IMG/VR virus record: IMGVR_UViG_3300017780_003104
Span: 64,001-128,000 of that record
Strand: one strand, 5' to 3'
DNA length: 64,000 nt
Source: a virus
Taxonomy: Duplodnaviria; Caudoviricetes
Part shown: piece by piece, positions 40,752-49,773 of the stretch
Numbering within the stretch: the first letter of the stretch is position 1
Layout: each line of letters opens with the position of its first letter
Translations under genes and position numbers: made by a program
Notes under the pieces: model-generated
The model's database searches: none
What the model saw: the letters and a program-made list of their open reading frames with translations, nothing else
Told to the model about the DNA's origin: nothing

Positions 40752-41627
40752 ATGGCAATATATGATGTAGTAAAGAATTATGACTGGACCAGTGCTCCGA
40801 GAGGATCATATTACAGAAGTAATGCTCCAAAAATTTGGTTGAAATCGCATAAATTGATTTCAAATCAAATCATGTCAGCTATTAATGGATATATTGCGAT
40901 TGGTGTGAATGTTAATAAATCAGCTGAAGAATTCTACGATCAATTATATGGAGAATCTACAGAAAGGGAAGATGATTTTCTATTCCCATATTTCAGTGAT
41001 GGTGTGAGAGGTTTTGGTAATACTTTTGGTGATACTTTTCAGAGTGCTTTAGGTGGCTCTGGTGGGACATTAGCCGATGTAAATCAAGGATTTACCAAAT
41101 TCGTGGGAGGGGGTGCGGATGCGTATAATGTCGGGAAAGCTTCGTTTAATGCAGCGGGGAGTGCGGGTAAAGCATTAGGATCTATGGATTGGGGGGATGC
41201 TAAAATGCATATGTCACAAGCTCGTAGTGAATATAATGCGGGTGGGAGTCCCGGATCATATATCGAAACTCCGATGTTTTATCAATATGAAAAGAATGAT
41301 TCTACTGTTGATGTTTCTATGATTTTAGTAAACACTCTCAATGAGGATGCATACTTAGATAATATGGATTTGGTTAATAAATTAACCATTATTAATAGAC
41401 CACTAAGAAAAACCAGTATATCAGTTGAACCCCCAAGAATATATACTTTAAGAGTTCAAGGACTTCGATATATTAAATGGGCATACTGTAGTAATTTTAA
41501 TGTTAGTATGTTGGGAATGAAACGAGAAATCGATGGTGTTATAGTACCGGAAGCATATCAAATAGATATGTCATTCCAATCTCTAACAATGGAACATGCA
41601 GGATTCATGGATAGAATAATTAGTTAA
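40752..41627 (+). CDS. Baseplate tube-cap-like protein (gp48-like)
   Basis: YIETPMFY..PPRIYT..WAY.SNFNV..PEAYQIDMSF; after tape measure. Confidence 0.5.
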   Translation: MAIYDVVKNYDWTSAPRGSYYRSNAPKIWLKSHKLISNQIMSAINGYIAIGVNVNKSAEEFYDQLYGESTEREDDFLFPYFSDGVRGFGNTFGDTFQSALGGSGGTLADVNQGFTKFVGGGADAYNVGKASFNAAGSAGKALGSMDWGDAKMHMSQARSEYNAGGSPGSYIETPMFYQYEKNDSTVDVSMILVNTLNEDAYLDNMDLVNKLTIINRPLRKTSISVEPPRIYTLRVQGLRYIKWAYCSNFNVSMLGMKREIDGVIVPEAYQIDMSFQSLTMEHAGFMDRIIS

Positions 41628-41628
41628 T

Positions 41629-42027
41629 ATGATAGAGATTGGAACATACCAAAACGATATAACAGACTTGTCAATTTTAAGTATTGAGAATTATGAACGT
41701 ATATTCAAGATATTTAAATCATCAATTGATGATAGGGATTTTTATGTTTATAATATCTTGAAAACAATCGAATTCCCGTCTATAGATGAGAAGTATATAA
41801 ATTATCATACTGTAGATTCTAAAATATCATTAACAATATTGTCTTATAAATTATATGGTGATTTGAAAAGTTGGTGGATGCTTTATCTAATGAATAAAGA
41901 TGTATTTGAAGGTGCTCCATTTTACATTAATGGTGGTGTTAAAATAAAATATATCAAAGACGAAGTTAGAACTTTAATATACAATGATATAACTAACTCA
42001 ACCATATATGGAGGTAAACATTACTAA
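41629..42027 (+). CDS. gp53: Baseplate wedge protein gp53-like (LysM-like)
   Basis: LTILSYKLYGD..WWML..N motif. Confidence 0.78.
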   Translation: MIEIGTYQNDITDLSILSIENYERIFKIFKSSIDDRDFYVYNILKTIEFPSIDEKYINYHTVDSKISLTILSYKLYGDLKSWWMLYLMNKDVFEGAPFYINGGVKIKYIKDEVRTLIYNDITNSTIYGGKHY

Positions 42028-43337
42028 TGGCTAATGTTTTTAAAATAAATAATGTTGATTATGATTGTGAATTTAAACTGACTAATAAAGATAAGCAGGA
42101 AATAAAATTCACAAAATCAGCTATTCGTGGAATGACGATTGTTGATAATATATTTGAACCATTCATGTCAGGTTCGATATCTATTGCGAACCCTTATGAC
42201 TTTATCGAAAATGATTTATTCATACGAGGGGATGGGACTGATGAAATTCTCATTAAGTTTAAACCTAAAGAATCTAAAGGATTTGAGGATGAGGGATTTG
42301 AACAAACTTTTGTTATTGTAGATGATTCCGATATTGTAAATCCAGAAGTTCGATCAGAAAATGTTAAAGTTTTTGCATTAGTTGTGAAGGATGCAATCCC
42401 ATTTTCTGATAAAGTCCCATATAATAAAATATATACAGGTAAAGTTGGAGATATACTCAAAAAGATATTCCAAGAAGTTGGTGTGCCAACTGGAAGATGG
42501 GCATCTGGTGATTTTGAGGTAACATATATACCTCCAGCAACATTTAGATATATGGATGTTCTGAGATATCTATTAAGATTGTTTTATGCTAAATCGTCTG
42601 GTATTCACGTTAAAGGATTTATAGATTTTAATAAGAAAACTAAAGTATATGAATTTGATTTAATTTCTAATATATTTCAAAATAATAAAAAATTAACTAT
42701 GGAGGCTTTTATTGTTGGGGATATAACTTCGGATATAAGATTTAATAATCCAAACAACCCAATCAGTGGTCCTAAATTTGGAGAGTATATAGGTCAAGTT
42801 AAAAACTTAGGTTACTCAACCCCAATGTATTCATGGTCAACTGACTTTTTCTTAAATTCATTAGTTATGGGGTATGATCAGAAAATGGGTCAGATGAGAA
42901 TGGAAAAGATCAAATTTGAAGAATTTAAAAGTGCATGGAGTGGTGTATTCTCAGAACCATTTCAATCTATTGGTGGTGGTGGTAAAACATTTGCAATTGA
43001 GAGAAATAAAGATGTATTTAAAAGATTTAAATTCCCATATCCAGTAGAAGATGGAGTTGGAATGGTCGAATCCGAGATGGCTAATGCTCTAATATTCTAT
43101 AATTTACAATTATCATTTTCGAATATAGGTAATACCTCAAGAACTTCAAATAGATTTATCGATATAGTTTCACCTAGATCCGCAAAGGATAGGGAGAGGG
43201 AAAGTTTAAAGAGCGAAGAAAAGATATTAGGTCGTTGGTATGTTACGGAACTACACCACATCTTTAGTGGTGACTTATATACTAATAATATTTTAGCAAC
43301 TAAGACTTATATAGGTCCAACATCAACAGTGATATAA
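42027..43337 (+). CDS. Baseplate hub protein (gp27-like)
   Basis: MTIVDNIF..FMSGSI.I..D, GN..R....IDI, GRWYVTELHHIF. Confidence 0.65.
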   Translation: MANVFKINNVDYDCEFKLTNKDKQEIKFTKSAIRGMTIVDNIFEPFMSGSISIANPYDFIENDLFIRGDGTDEILIKFKPKESKGFEDEGFEQTFVIVDDSDIVNPEVRSENVKVFALVVKDAIPFSDKVPYNKIYTGKVGDILKKIFQEVGVPTGRWASGDFEVTYIPPATFRYMDVLRYLLRLFYAKSSGIHVKGFIDFNKKTKVYEFDLISNIFQNNKKLTMEAFIVGDITSDIRFNNPNNPISGPKFGEYIGQVKNLGYSTPMYSWSTDFFLNSLVMGYDQKMGQMRMEKIKFEEFKSAWSGVFSEPFQSIGGGGKTFAIERNKDVFKRFKFPYPVEDGVGMVESEMANALIFYNLQLSFSNIGNTSRTSNRFIDIVSPRSAKDRERESLKSEEKILGRWYVTELHHIFSGDLYTNNILATKTYIGPTSTVI

Positions 43338-43338
43338 G

Positions 43339-44235
43339 ATGAACAATAAAATAGAAACACTCAGAGCTACTTGGTTCACGAAAGATGAATCGCCTGAGAT
43401 ACAGGGATTTGATTTCAGCGAAGATGATAAGAAATTAGTAGAAGAGTTTAAAAAAATATATGAATTAGGCATACCCCAATTACAGAAATTTATATCTATA
43501 TTGGATCAATCGGACGATACATATAATATTCTATATTTTAAAAGTGTATTAAGAAATGGTCCATTCAAAGCACAAGTAGAACCATTGATAAAAGCTTCTA
43601 AAAAGCTTAAAGATTTAAGTGATAATATGGGTAATGTTGGAATACCAGTGTATAGTATGCAGAATGTAGTTGTATTCGAAGGGACAGAATGTGGTGAGTT
43701 GTCTAAGACAGTTAGTAGTAAATTACCTAAATTTATGGATGATGTATTCAAATCATCCATAAAAGTGGCTGAAGATGTATTTAGGGGTGGTGTGACCAGT
43801 TCAGCTTCTATAGATAATACATTACCAATAGAAGATAAGAGGAACCAAGCAAGATATGGAGCGGAACCATCTGGTGGATGGACCAGTGATCCAAATGCAA
43901 ATTACATGGTAAAGGATCGTTATTTCTATTTACAGATACAAAGTATCGAAAGCCAAATAAAGGGGAAAGTTGATGCATATATACAGGAGAGAACTAAGAT
44001 CCTTGAGGATATTAAAGATTATAATCCATTCGAGAAGGATAAGAATAAATCACTAGCAGCGACCCCAAAGAAAAATAAAATAACTGAAAAGGTTGATGGA
44101 GAAGAGATGGAATTAGATCTAATGGGTGATATTATGGTTACTAAAAAACAATTAAATAAAAAAGTTAAAATATCATCTAAAACATCCAATAAGCAAATTA
44201 ATCCAAATACAAATAAGGGACAATTGGATAGTTAA
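43339..44235 (+). CDS. Hypothetical protein
   Basis: 298-aa ORF in operon. Confidence 0.6.
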   Translation: MNNKIETLRATWFTKDESPEIQGFDFSEDDKKLVEEFKKIYELGIPQLQKFISILDQSDDTYNILYFKSVLRNGPFKAQVEPLIKASKKLKDLSDNMGNVGIPVYSMQNVVVFEGTECGELSKTVSSKLPKFMDDVFKSSIKVAEDVFRGGVTSSASIDNTLPIEDKRNQARYGAEPSGGWTSDPNANYMVKDRYFYLQIQSIESQIKGKVDAYIQERTKILEDIKDYNPFEKDKNKSLAATPKKNKITEKVDGEEMELDLMGDIMVTKKQLNKKVKISSKTSNKQINPNTNKGQLDS

Positions 44236-44254
44236 ATATATATATATATATATA
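44236..44254. repeat. (AT)9A dinucleotide microsatellite in lysozyme leader
   Basis: ATATATATATATATATATA between TAAATA (44233-44238) and ATG 44257. Confidence 0.9.
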
Positions 44255-44256
44255 CG

Positions 44257-44934
44257 ATGAACGAAGAACTTTTAAATGAAAAGGTTAGAGATATGGTTAT
44301 GGCGTTATTGTCAATGGCTGCTACCGCATATGAGGTTAATTACATTTCCAATTATCTAGATAGTAGACCTGAACCAATTGAACAGAAAATAGAGGCATTG
44401 AAACAAGCAGATCAGGAGATAGATAATCCAGAATTTGATAATGCTGCAAGTAAAATTTTAAAATATTATGTTAATAAAGGTAAAAAGAAGTTACAGCCAA
44501 TTGTCATAGGGCAACCATCTATAAATAATACATTAATCAATTTTATAAAAAAATATGAACAATTTTCATCAAAACCATATTGGGATTATAAGCAGTATTC
44601 AATCGGGTATGGAACGAAGGCTAAACCTAATGATAGGGTTATATCAAAGGCTGATGCAGTTAATAGATTGAATTCCGAAGTTGCAAAGCATAGAAAAAAG
44701 ACTATCGAAGATGGGAAAAGATGGGGATATAAGTGGACACCGAAACAAATCGACGCATTGACTAGTTTTAGTTACAATGTTGGAAGTTTAAGTGGTTTAA
44801 CCGATAATGGCAGTAGACCTAATAATGTCATATCTAAGAAAATATTAGAGTATAATAAAGCAGATGGTAAGCCATTACCCGGTTTAACTAAGCGTAGAGT
44901 TGCAGAACGTAATATGTTTATAGCAAAAAATTAA
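44257..44934 (+). CDS. Phage lysozyme (GH24) with N-terminal extension
   Basis: FIKKYE..(D)..SIGYGT, QIDALTSFSYNVG, YNKADGKPLPGLTKRRVAE. Confidence 0.9.
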   Translation: MNEELLNEKVRDMVMALLSMAATAYEVNYISNYLDSRPEPIEQKIEALKQADQEIDNPEFDNAASKILKYYVNKGKKKLQPIVIGQPSINNTLINFIKKYEQFSSKPYWDYKQYSIGYGTKAKPNDRVISKADAVNRLNSEVAKHRKKTIEDGKRWGYKWTPKQIDALTSFSYNVGSLSGLTDNGSRPNNVISKKILEYNKADGKPLPGLTKRRVAERNMFIAKN

Positions 44935-45407
44935 ATATCGATTGCTGCTGGTTCCACTGGTTCCACTACCGTATCATTCTTATCGAACAGACGTTTAACG
45001 ACTTCTTCTCTACTTAAATAGAACCCAACACCAGTGCTGTTCGATTCATTAGTAGATTTAGCATCAATATCCATTTGTTTTATTTCTTTTTGACCTTTAA
45101 TCTTATCATCAGATAATTTAAGTTTGGAGAGAGAGTCGATAGCACCTGTAACAGCTTTGACCAATTCTGCCGTAGATTCAATAATTTTAGAATCACCCCC
45201 AGCCATTACATCTAATTTTAAACTTTCAATCATTTCAATAGATGATGATACAACAGACACGGCATTATCTATAATGAATTTTTCCAAATCTTCTTTTTGG
45301 AGATCTGGTCGTTCTTTTTCGATATTTTTTAGAGATTTTCCTTGATTTTTGATTTGGGATATAATTGAATCTACATCCCGATCAATTTCAGCATCTTCGT
45401 ATTCCAT
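44931..45407 (-). CDS. Helical late protein (possible terminase small subunit); start reassigned to MEYED
   Basis: TAAATA-N5-ATG at 45407; all-helical pattern; function is inference only. Confidence 0.45.
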   Translation of the reverse strand: MEYEDAEIDRDVDSIISQIKNQGKSLKNIEKERPDLQKEDLEKFIIDNAVSVVSSSIEMIESLKLDVMAGGDSKIIESTAELVKAVTGAIDSLSKLKLSDDKIKGQKEIKQMDIDAKSTNESNSTGVGFYLSREEVVKRLFDKNDTVVEPVEPAAIDI

Positions 45408-45451
45408 AGGGATATTTACTCTTGACATGTCCACTATATTAAATAAAGTAG

Positions 45452-45676
45452 ATGTCAAATGCTAAAGACCATGTGAAATATAAGATTTCCAGACAGAATG
45501 ACGGCACTTATGCAATCTTAAAAAAAAGTATAAATGGAAAAAACGTTGACATCCATTCAACTCATGATACATATGATGAAGCGAAGGATGAATTGACTGA
45601 TATTCATCACAAACCCAATCAGGTGGAGACAATGATATTCTTAAATGACCTGAAAGATTCAATAAAAAATATATGA
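45452..45676 (+). CDS. Hypothetical protein
   Basis: TAAATA-N6-ATG; coupled to next gene. Confidence 0.6.
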   Translation: MSNAKDHVKYKISRQNDGTYAILKKSINGKNVDIHSTHDTYDEAKDELTDIHHKPNQVETMIFLNDLKDSIKNI

Positions 45677-46758
45677 ACGTAAAAGAGCAAGTAATACAGG
45701 CAAGACATAATGGTTATACATATAGTCAAATAACAGACCATTTTGGTATAGCTAAGTCAACAGCCCAAGGTTGGTATGGTAAGTATATAGAAGATCTAGG
45801 TGAAAATGTGACACAAGGATATTATGAACATAGTGCTCCCGTCGTTAATGCTTATGTCAACGACAATCTCCAAAGAGATAAGCCACAGCGATTTAAAAAA
45901 AGTGAAGATGAGGTTCTCGAATTTCTTTCCCAATTAGCACCTATTAAAGTTTCACCCCGTTATGAAAAAGAGTCAAAAATGACTTTAAATGATTATGCGG
46001 TTGTTGGATCTGATTTCCATTTTGGTTGTCATGATAATAAGGCTATTGATATCTTTCTAGAGACGATCTTTCAATTGAAACCAAAGACTATTATTCTCAA
46101 TGGCGATACCATGGATTTCCTAGCGATTTCAAAGTATCCCAAAGATATGAAGCATAATTGGTCCTTACAGACTGAACGTGTTGAATATCATGCATTCTTG
46201 GATGAATTGATTAATATTTCGGGCGGTGCTGAAATATTTGAAACTGTATCTAATCACTCCGGTCAAAGTATTGGTGGTAGATGGAGACGGTACTTAGCAG
46301 ATAGAATTGGCGAACTTGCATGTTTACCAGAAATCACTGAAACATTATCATACGAAAATGTGTTTATGGGCGATTACAAAAATAGAATTAAACATGTTGA
46401 TTACGTCGATTTGAATGGATTGATTGTTACACACGGGGAAACCGTTCGAAAAAATGGTGGAGCATCTGCCAGAGGAGAAATTGATAAGTGGCACACTTCT
46501 ATATTACATGGTCATACACACAGAATCGGGGCAACTTGCCAGAGAATTCCGACAATCGCTGGAAGAGAAGAAAAACAATTAATTGGAATTGAGGGTGGGT
46601 GTTTGTGTGATTTAAAGGCACTATATGGGTCTGCCATGAATTGGCAACAAGGATTCAATATTGTATCACTTGCAGAAGATACCTTCGGGGTAGAGCAAGT
46701 TTACATCAACAATGGGGTAGCGAATATTTCCACTCTTGGGGCAACTATTAAGTCTTGA
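45673..46758 (+). CDS. Calcineurin-like metallophosphoesterase with N-terminal HTH
   Basis: SDFH, NGDTMD, SNH, THG, HGHTHR motifs; YTYSQI..FGIAKSTAQGW HTH. Confidence 0.85.
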   Translation: MNVKEQVIQARHNGYTYSQITDHFGIAKSTAQGWYGKYIEDLGENVTQGYYEHSAPVVNAYVNDNLQRDKPQRFKKSEDEVLEFLSQLAPIKVSPRYEKESKMTLNDYAVVGSDFHFGCHDNKAIDIFLETIFQLKPKTIILNGDTMDFLAISKYPKDMKHNWSLQTERVEYHAFLDELINISGGAEIFETVSNHSGQSIGGRWRRYLADRIGELACLPEITETLSYENVFMGDYKNRIKHVDYVDLNGLIVTHGETVRKNGGASARGEIDKWHTSILHGHTHRIGATCQRIPTIAGREEKQLIGIEGGCLCDLKALYGSAMNWQQGFNIVSLAEDTFGVEQVYINNGVANISTLGATIKS

Positions 46759-46782
46759 CATTAATTAAAACCGAATCATGAT
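46755..46782 (+). promoter_or_regulatory. Box promoter with -35
   Basis: TTGACA-TTAATTAAAACCGAAT-CATGAT-N6-ATG46789. Confidence 0.85.
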
Positions 46783-46788
46783 CGAGAC

Positions 46789-47298
46789 ATGGAATTTTTA
46801 ATATCTAATATAGGCGAGGAGTGGATGGATCTGGTTAATGAGTTTCCAGAATTCATTCTGGAACTGTCTCCATACACCAATGAGTGGTATTGTGAACATG
46901 TATTATATGCCAAGAATTTTAATCGTATTCCACCATCAAAGGAACTTATATGTAATCTTAGATACGGATTCGAATGTGGTATTGGATGGAAAAATATTAT
47001 TCGTGACTATTTCTTTCAAATTAGAAATCTATTGAATACCGCCAAAGAGAACGGAGACGAGATTCATTATAAGACATTTATTTTTAAAGAAAAATTTGGA
47101 GAACTTCGGGATCAGGGGGATTTCTATGGACCCGCTAGGATAGAATATTGGGACGATTACGTTAAATTGGATAAAATCTTATTATCGAAGTCTGTATCGG
47201 TATGTGAAGTTTGTGGGGATGATGGTGCATTAATGAGAAGAGGTGGTCGGTTAAAAACTGTATGCCCTCAACATGCAGTTGAGAATGATTATAAATAA
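46789..47298 (+). CDS. Hypothetical protein with C-terminal Zn-ribbon-like CxxC
   Basis: FECGIGW, KEKFGELR, CEVCG..G..TVC; box promoter upstream. Confidence 0.7.
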   Translation: MEFLISNIGEEWMDLVNEFPEFILELSPYTNEWYCEHVLYAKNFNRIPPSKELICNLRYGFECGIGWKNIIRDYFFQIRNLLNTAKENGDEIHYKTFIFKEKFGELRDQGDFYGPARIEYWDDYVKLDKILLSKSVSVCEVCGDDGALMRRGGRLKTVCPQHAVENDYK

Positions 47299-47321
47299 TA
47301 TATTAAATATTAAATATATTA

Positions 47322-48215
47322 ATGATTCCATTTAATTTATTCTTAGAACGAAAACAAAGAAATCCTCTTAGGAAAGAGGAATTGGCTGCGTCTGGAAGCG
47401 AAGATATTATGTCACCGAAATTCTGGGAGACATATAGAACATATTATAGAAAATATCCAGTAGAATCTATGCCAGATCCTTCTGACCAAGTTATTAAGAG
47501 AAAATATGATGATTTATTTAAATCATCAGAAGCTTTAGCCGAAAAGTATTTGGATTCTGAGATAATGAAAATTATCAATAAACTCAAAAGACCAACCACT
47601 AAGGAATATAAAAAGGTATATGAGTATCAAGGAGTTCAAGTATTTGTAGATGAGGTAAATGTCGAAGATACTAATTATGCTCCGGGGTCATATAATTATA
47701 GAATGGTTAAACATAATGTATTAGTCATGTTGACATATGTTAGGGATATATTGCCAAATAGAAAACCTAGAATAGTTATAACTAGTTTAGCAAAAAACCC
47801 ACACACAAAAGATTCATATGATCCAAGCAATCCATCTGCTGGTATGGCATATAGTAAATTAATTTATATTGATGAGAACCATATGGATGATTCTGTATAT
47901 TATGTACATGAATATGCTCATTGGGTTGCTGATCTAATACCCGCACAAACACAAGAAATGCTAATTAAAGCATTTAAGAAATTTATCGATTTATATTATA
48001 AGAAACAAAATCTTAAAAAGTCTCAAGATAGACAAAAAGAATTAACGGATTCTCAGAGAATTAAGATTGCAGCAAAGTTAGGATTCCCCGAATACGGACT
48101 GACCAACCATGATGAATTCTTTGCAGTATTAATTGAAAATTGGAAACAATTACCTAATAATAAAATGACATATAAATTTAAATCTTTGGTTAAGAATGTA
48201 ATAACAAGGCTATAA
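47322..48215 (+). CDS. Zincin-like metallopeptidase domain late protein
   Basis: HEYAH plus downstream DEFFAV; TAAATA-N5-ATG. Confidence 0.65.
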   Translation: MIPFNLFLERKQRNPLRKEELAASGSEDIMSPKFWETYRTYYRKYPVESMPDPSDQVIKRKYDDLFKSSEALAEKYLDSEIMKIINKLKRPTTKEYKKVYEYQGVQVFVDEVNVEDTNYAPGSYNYRMVKHNVLVMLTYVRDILPNRKPRIVITSLAKNPHTKDSYDPSNPSAGMAYSKLIYIDENHMDDSVYYVHEYAHWVADLIPAQTQEMLIKAFKKFIDLYYKKQNLKKSQDRQKELTDSQRIKIAAKLGFPEYGLTNHDEFFAVLIENWKQLPNNKMTYKFKSLVKNVITRL

Positions 48216-48219
48216 TAGA

Positions 48220-48411
48220 ATGAAAGTAATACACGAAGGAGTAATTGGAAGTCATAGTTTCCAAATGGTAGATAATACAACGATTGAGGTTTGGAGTGAT
48301 TTTGATAACGATCAACCAGAATCTTACATATTTGTAAATGAGGGGGCTGTAAATGATGAAAAGTCATTTCATGCGGAAATTTCATATTGGTACATGAAAA
48401 ATGTGGGGTAA
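48220..48411 (+). CDS. Hypothetical protein
   Basis: 63-aa ORF. Confidence 0.55.
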   Translation: MKVIHEGVIGSHSFQMVDNTTIEVWSDFDNDQPESYIFVNEGAVNDEKSFHAEISYWYMKNVG

Positions 48412-48616
48412 ATCATCAACTGAATCTTGGTATATTGAGGAGAATGAAAAACTCCGAGAATATTTAAAATGGACACTTGAAATGTTGAAACATTTTCCCA
48501 TGGAAGCTTCTCATGAAGGTGGTTGCTCTCCACCAATGACTCCTTGCGATGGGGGATGTTCAGCCGCATACCATTTCCATAAAACTATTAATGAAATTGA
48601 GGATATGTTGAATTAA
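48401..48616 (+). CDS. Hypothetical protein
   Basis: 71-aa ORF; C..P..PC.GGC cluster. Confidence 0.55.
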   Translation: MWGKSSTESWYIEENEKLREYLKWTLEMLKHFPMEASHEGGCSPPMTPCDGGCSAAYHFHKTINEIEDMLN

Positions 48617-48634
48617 TTAAAACCGAAATATCGT
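48613..48634 (+). promoter_or_regulatory. Box promoter
   Basis: TTAATTAAAACCGAAA-TATCGT-N6-ATG48641. Confidence 0.85.
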
Positions 48635-48640
48635 AGGCCC

Positions 48641-49555
48641 ATGAACTTGGACCTAAAACAAACACCATTTATGAAGGTGTCGGATATTGTAATACCTGAC
48701 ACCTTCTATAATAGGCTTAAAACGGGCATAGATGCGCTTGATAACATATTTGGTATGGGATTACTTCCCGGATCAACAATCACGCTCAAGGCACTACCGG
48801 GAGTCGGAAAGAGTGTATTCTCTTTAACTCTATCTGAGATGCTTACCGATTGTGGTTATAAAGTTGGATATACTTCGGGCGAGGAGGATATTCGTCAACT
48901 TGCGTATAATTGTAAGAGACTTGGGATTGAAAATACTGAAATTAGCAATATCACTGATATTGACGAAATTTTAAGTATAATGCCAGATAAGGATTTCATG
49001 GTTATTGATTCATTTCAAACATTAACGACAACTAGAAAATTAAATTCTAGAGAAAGGATCAAATATTTCAATGACAATCTTGTAAGAGTCGCTAAGGAAC
49101 ACGAATGCACCATATTATTCGTCGTTCAAGAATTGGCCGATGGAACGATCAGAGGTGGCACTTCCCTATTATATGCGGTGGATGTCAATATGCAGATATT
49201 AAAAAACAAGGAAGATAAAAATTCTAGAATTTTTGATGTTTACAAGAATAGATTTGGTGCTACAATGCAACACGAAGCGAGATTCGGACCTTCAGGTTAT
49301 GAATTTGTGGGTGAATATAGCGAAACAGAAGATATGGAAGACGAAAAAACTAAGAAAGCCCCAGTAAAGGAGAGTCGAAAATCCGATATCCTTAGTATGG
49401 ATGAGCCACCATTAATTACCGTTAAACGTGTAATGGATGAATTAGATATCAAAGAACAAACTGCAAAATTGCTCCTATCTGAACTTGAGAATGATATGAA
49501 ACTTATCAAGTATGGTAGAGGGATGGATGCTATTTGGAAATTTTATAAACAATGA
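48641..49555 (+). CDS. RadA/Sms-like RecA-family ATPase (no Zn finger or Lon domain)
   Basis: ALPGVGKS, YTSGEE, VIDSFQ, GGTSLLYAVDV, KNRFG. Confidence 0.82.
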   Translation: MNLDLKQTPFMKVSDIVIPDTFYNRLKTGIDALDNIFGMGLLPGSTITLKALPGVGKSVFSLTLSEMLTDCGYKVGYTSGEEDIRQLAYNCKRLGIENTEISNITDIDEILSIMPDKDFMVIDSFQTLTTTRKLNSRERIKYFNDNLVRVAKEHECTILFVVQELADGTIRGGTSLLYAVDVNMQILKNKEDKNSRIFDVYKNRFGATMQHEARFGPSGYEFVGEYSETEDMEDEKTKKAPVKESRKSDILSMDEPPLITVKRVMDELDIKEQTAKLLLSELENDMKLIKYGRGMDAIWKFYKQ

Positions 49556-49773
49556 GTGATATAACACTACCAATAGAAATGGCTCAATTATCAGTTGAGG
49601 AAATTGGCTCAATTTTCTTAGTTATGGCTATGCCTAAGTTATCCGAGGAAACTAGAATCAGATTATCCAAGGATGAGGTTTTTACCAAAACACTAAAATC
49701 AATGATAGAGGAAGAAATTATAATCATCAATGAAGATGGTGGTGGTGTAGATATAGATTTAACTTGGTTATGA
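49552..49773 (+). CDS. Hypothetical protein
   Basis: 73-aa coupled ORF. Confidence 0.6.
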   Translation: MSDITLPIEMAQLSVEEIGSIFLVMAMPKLSEETRIRLSKDEVFTKTLKSMIEEEIIIINEDGGGVDIDLTWL

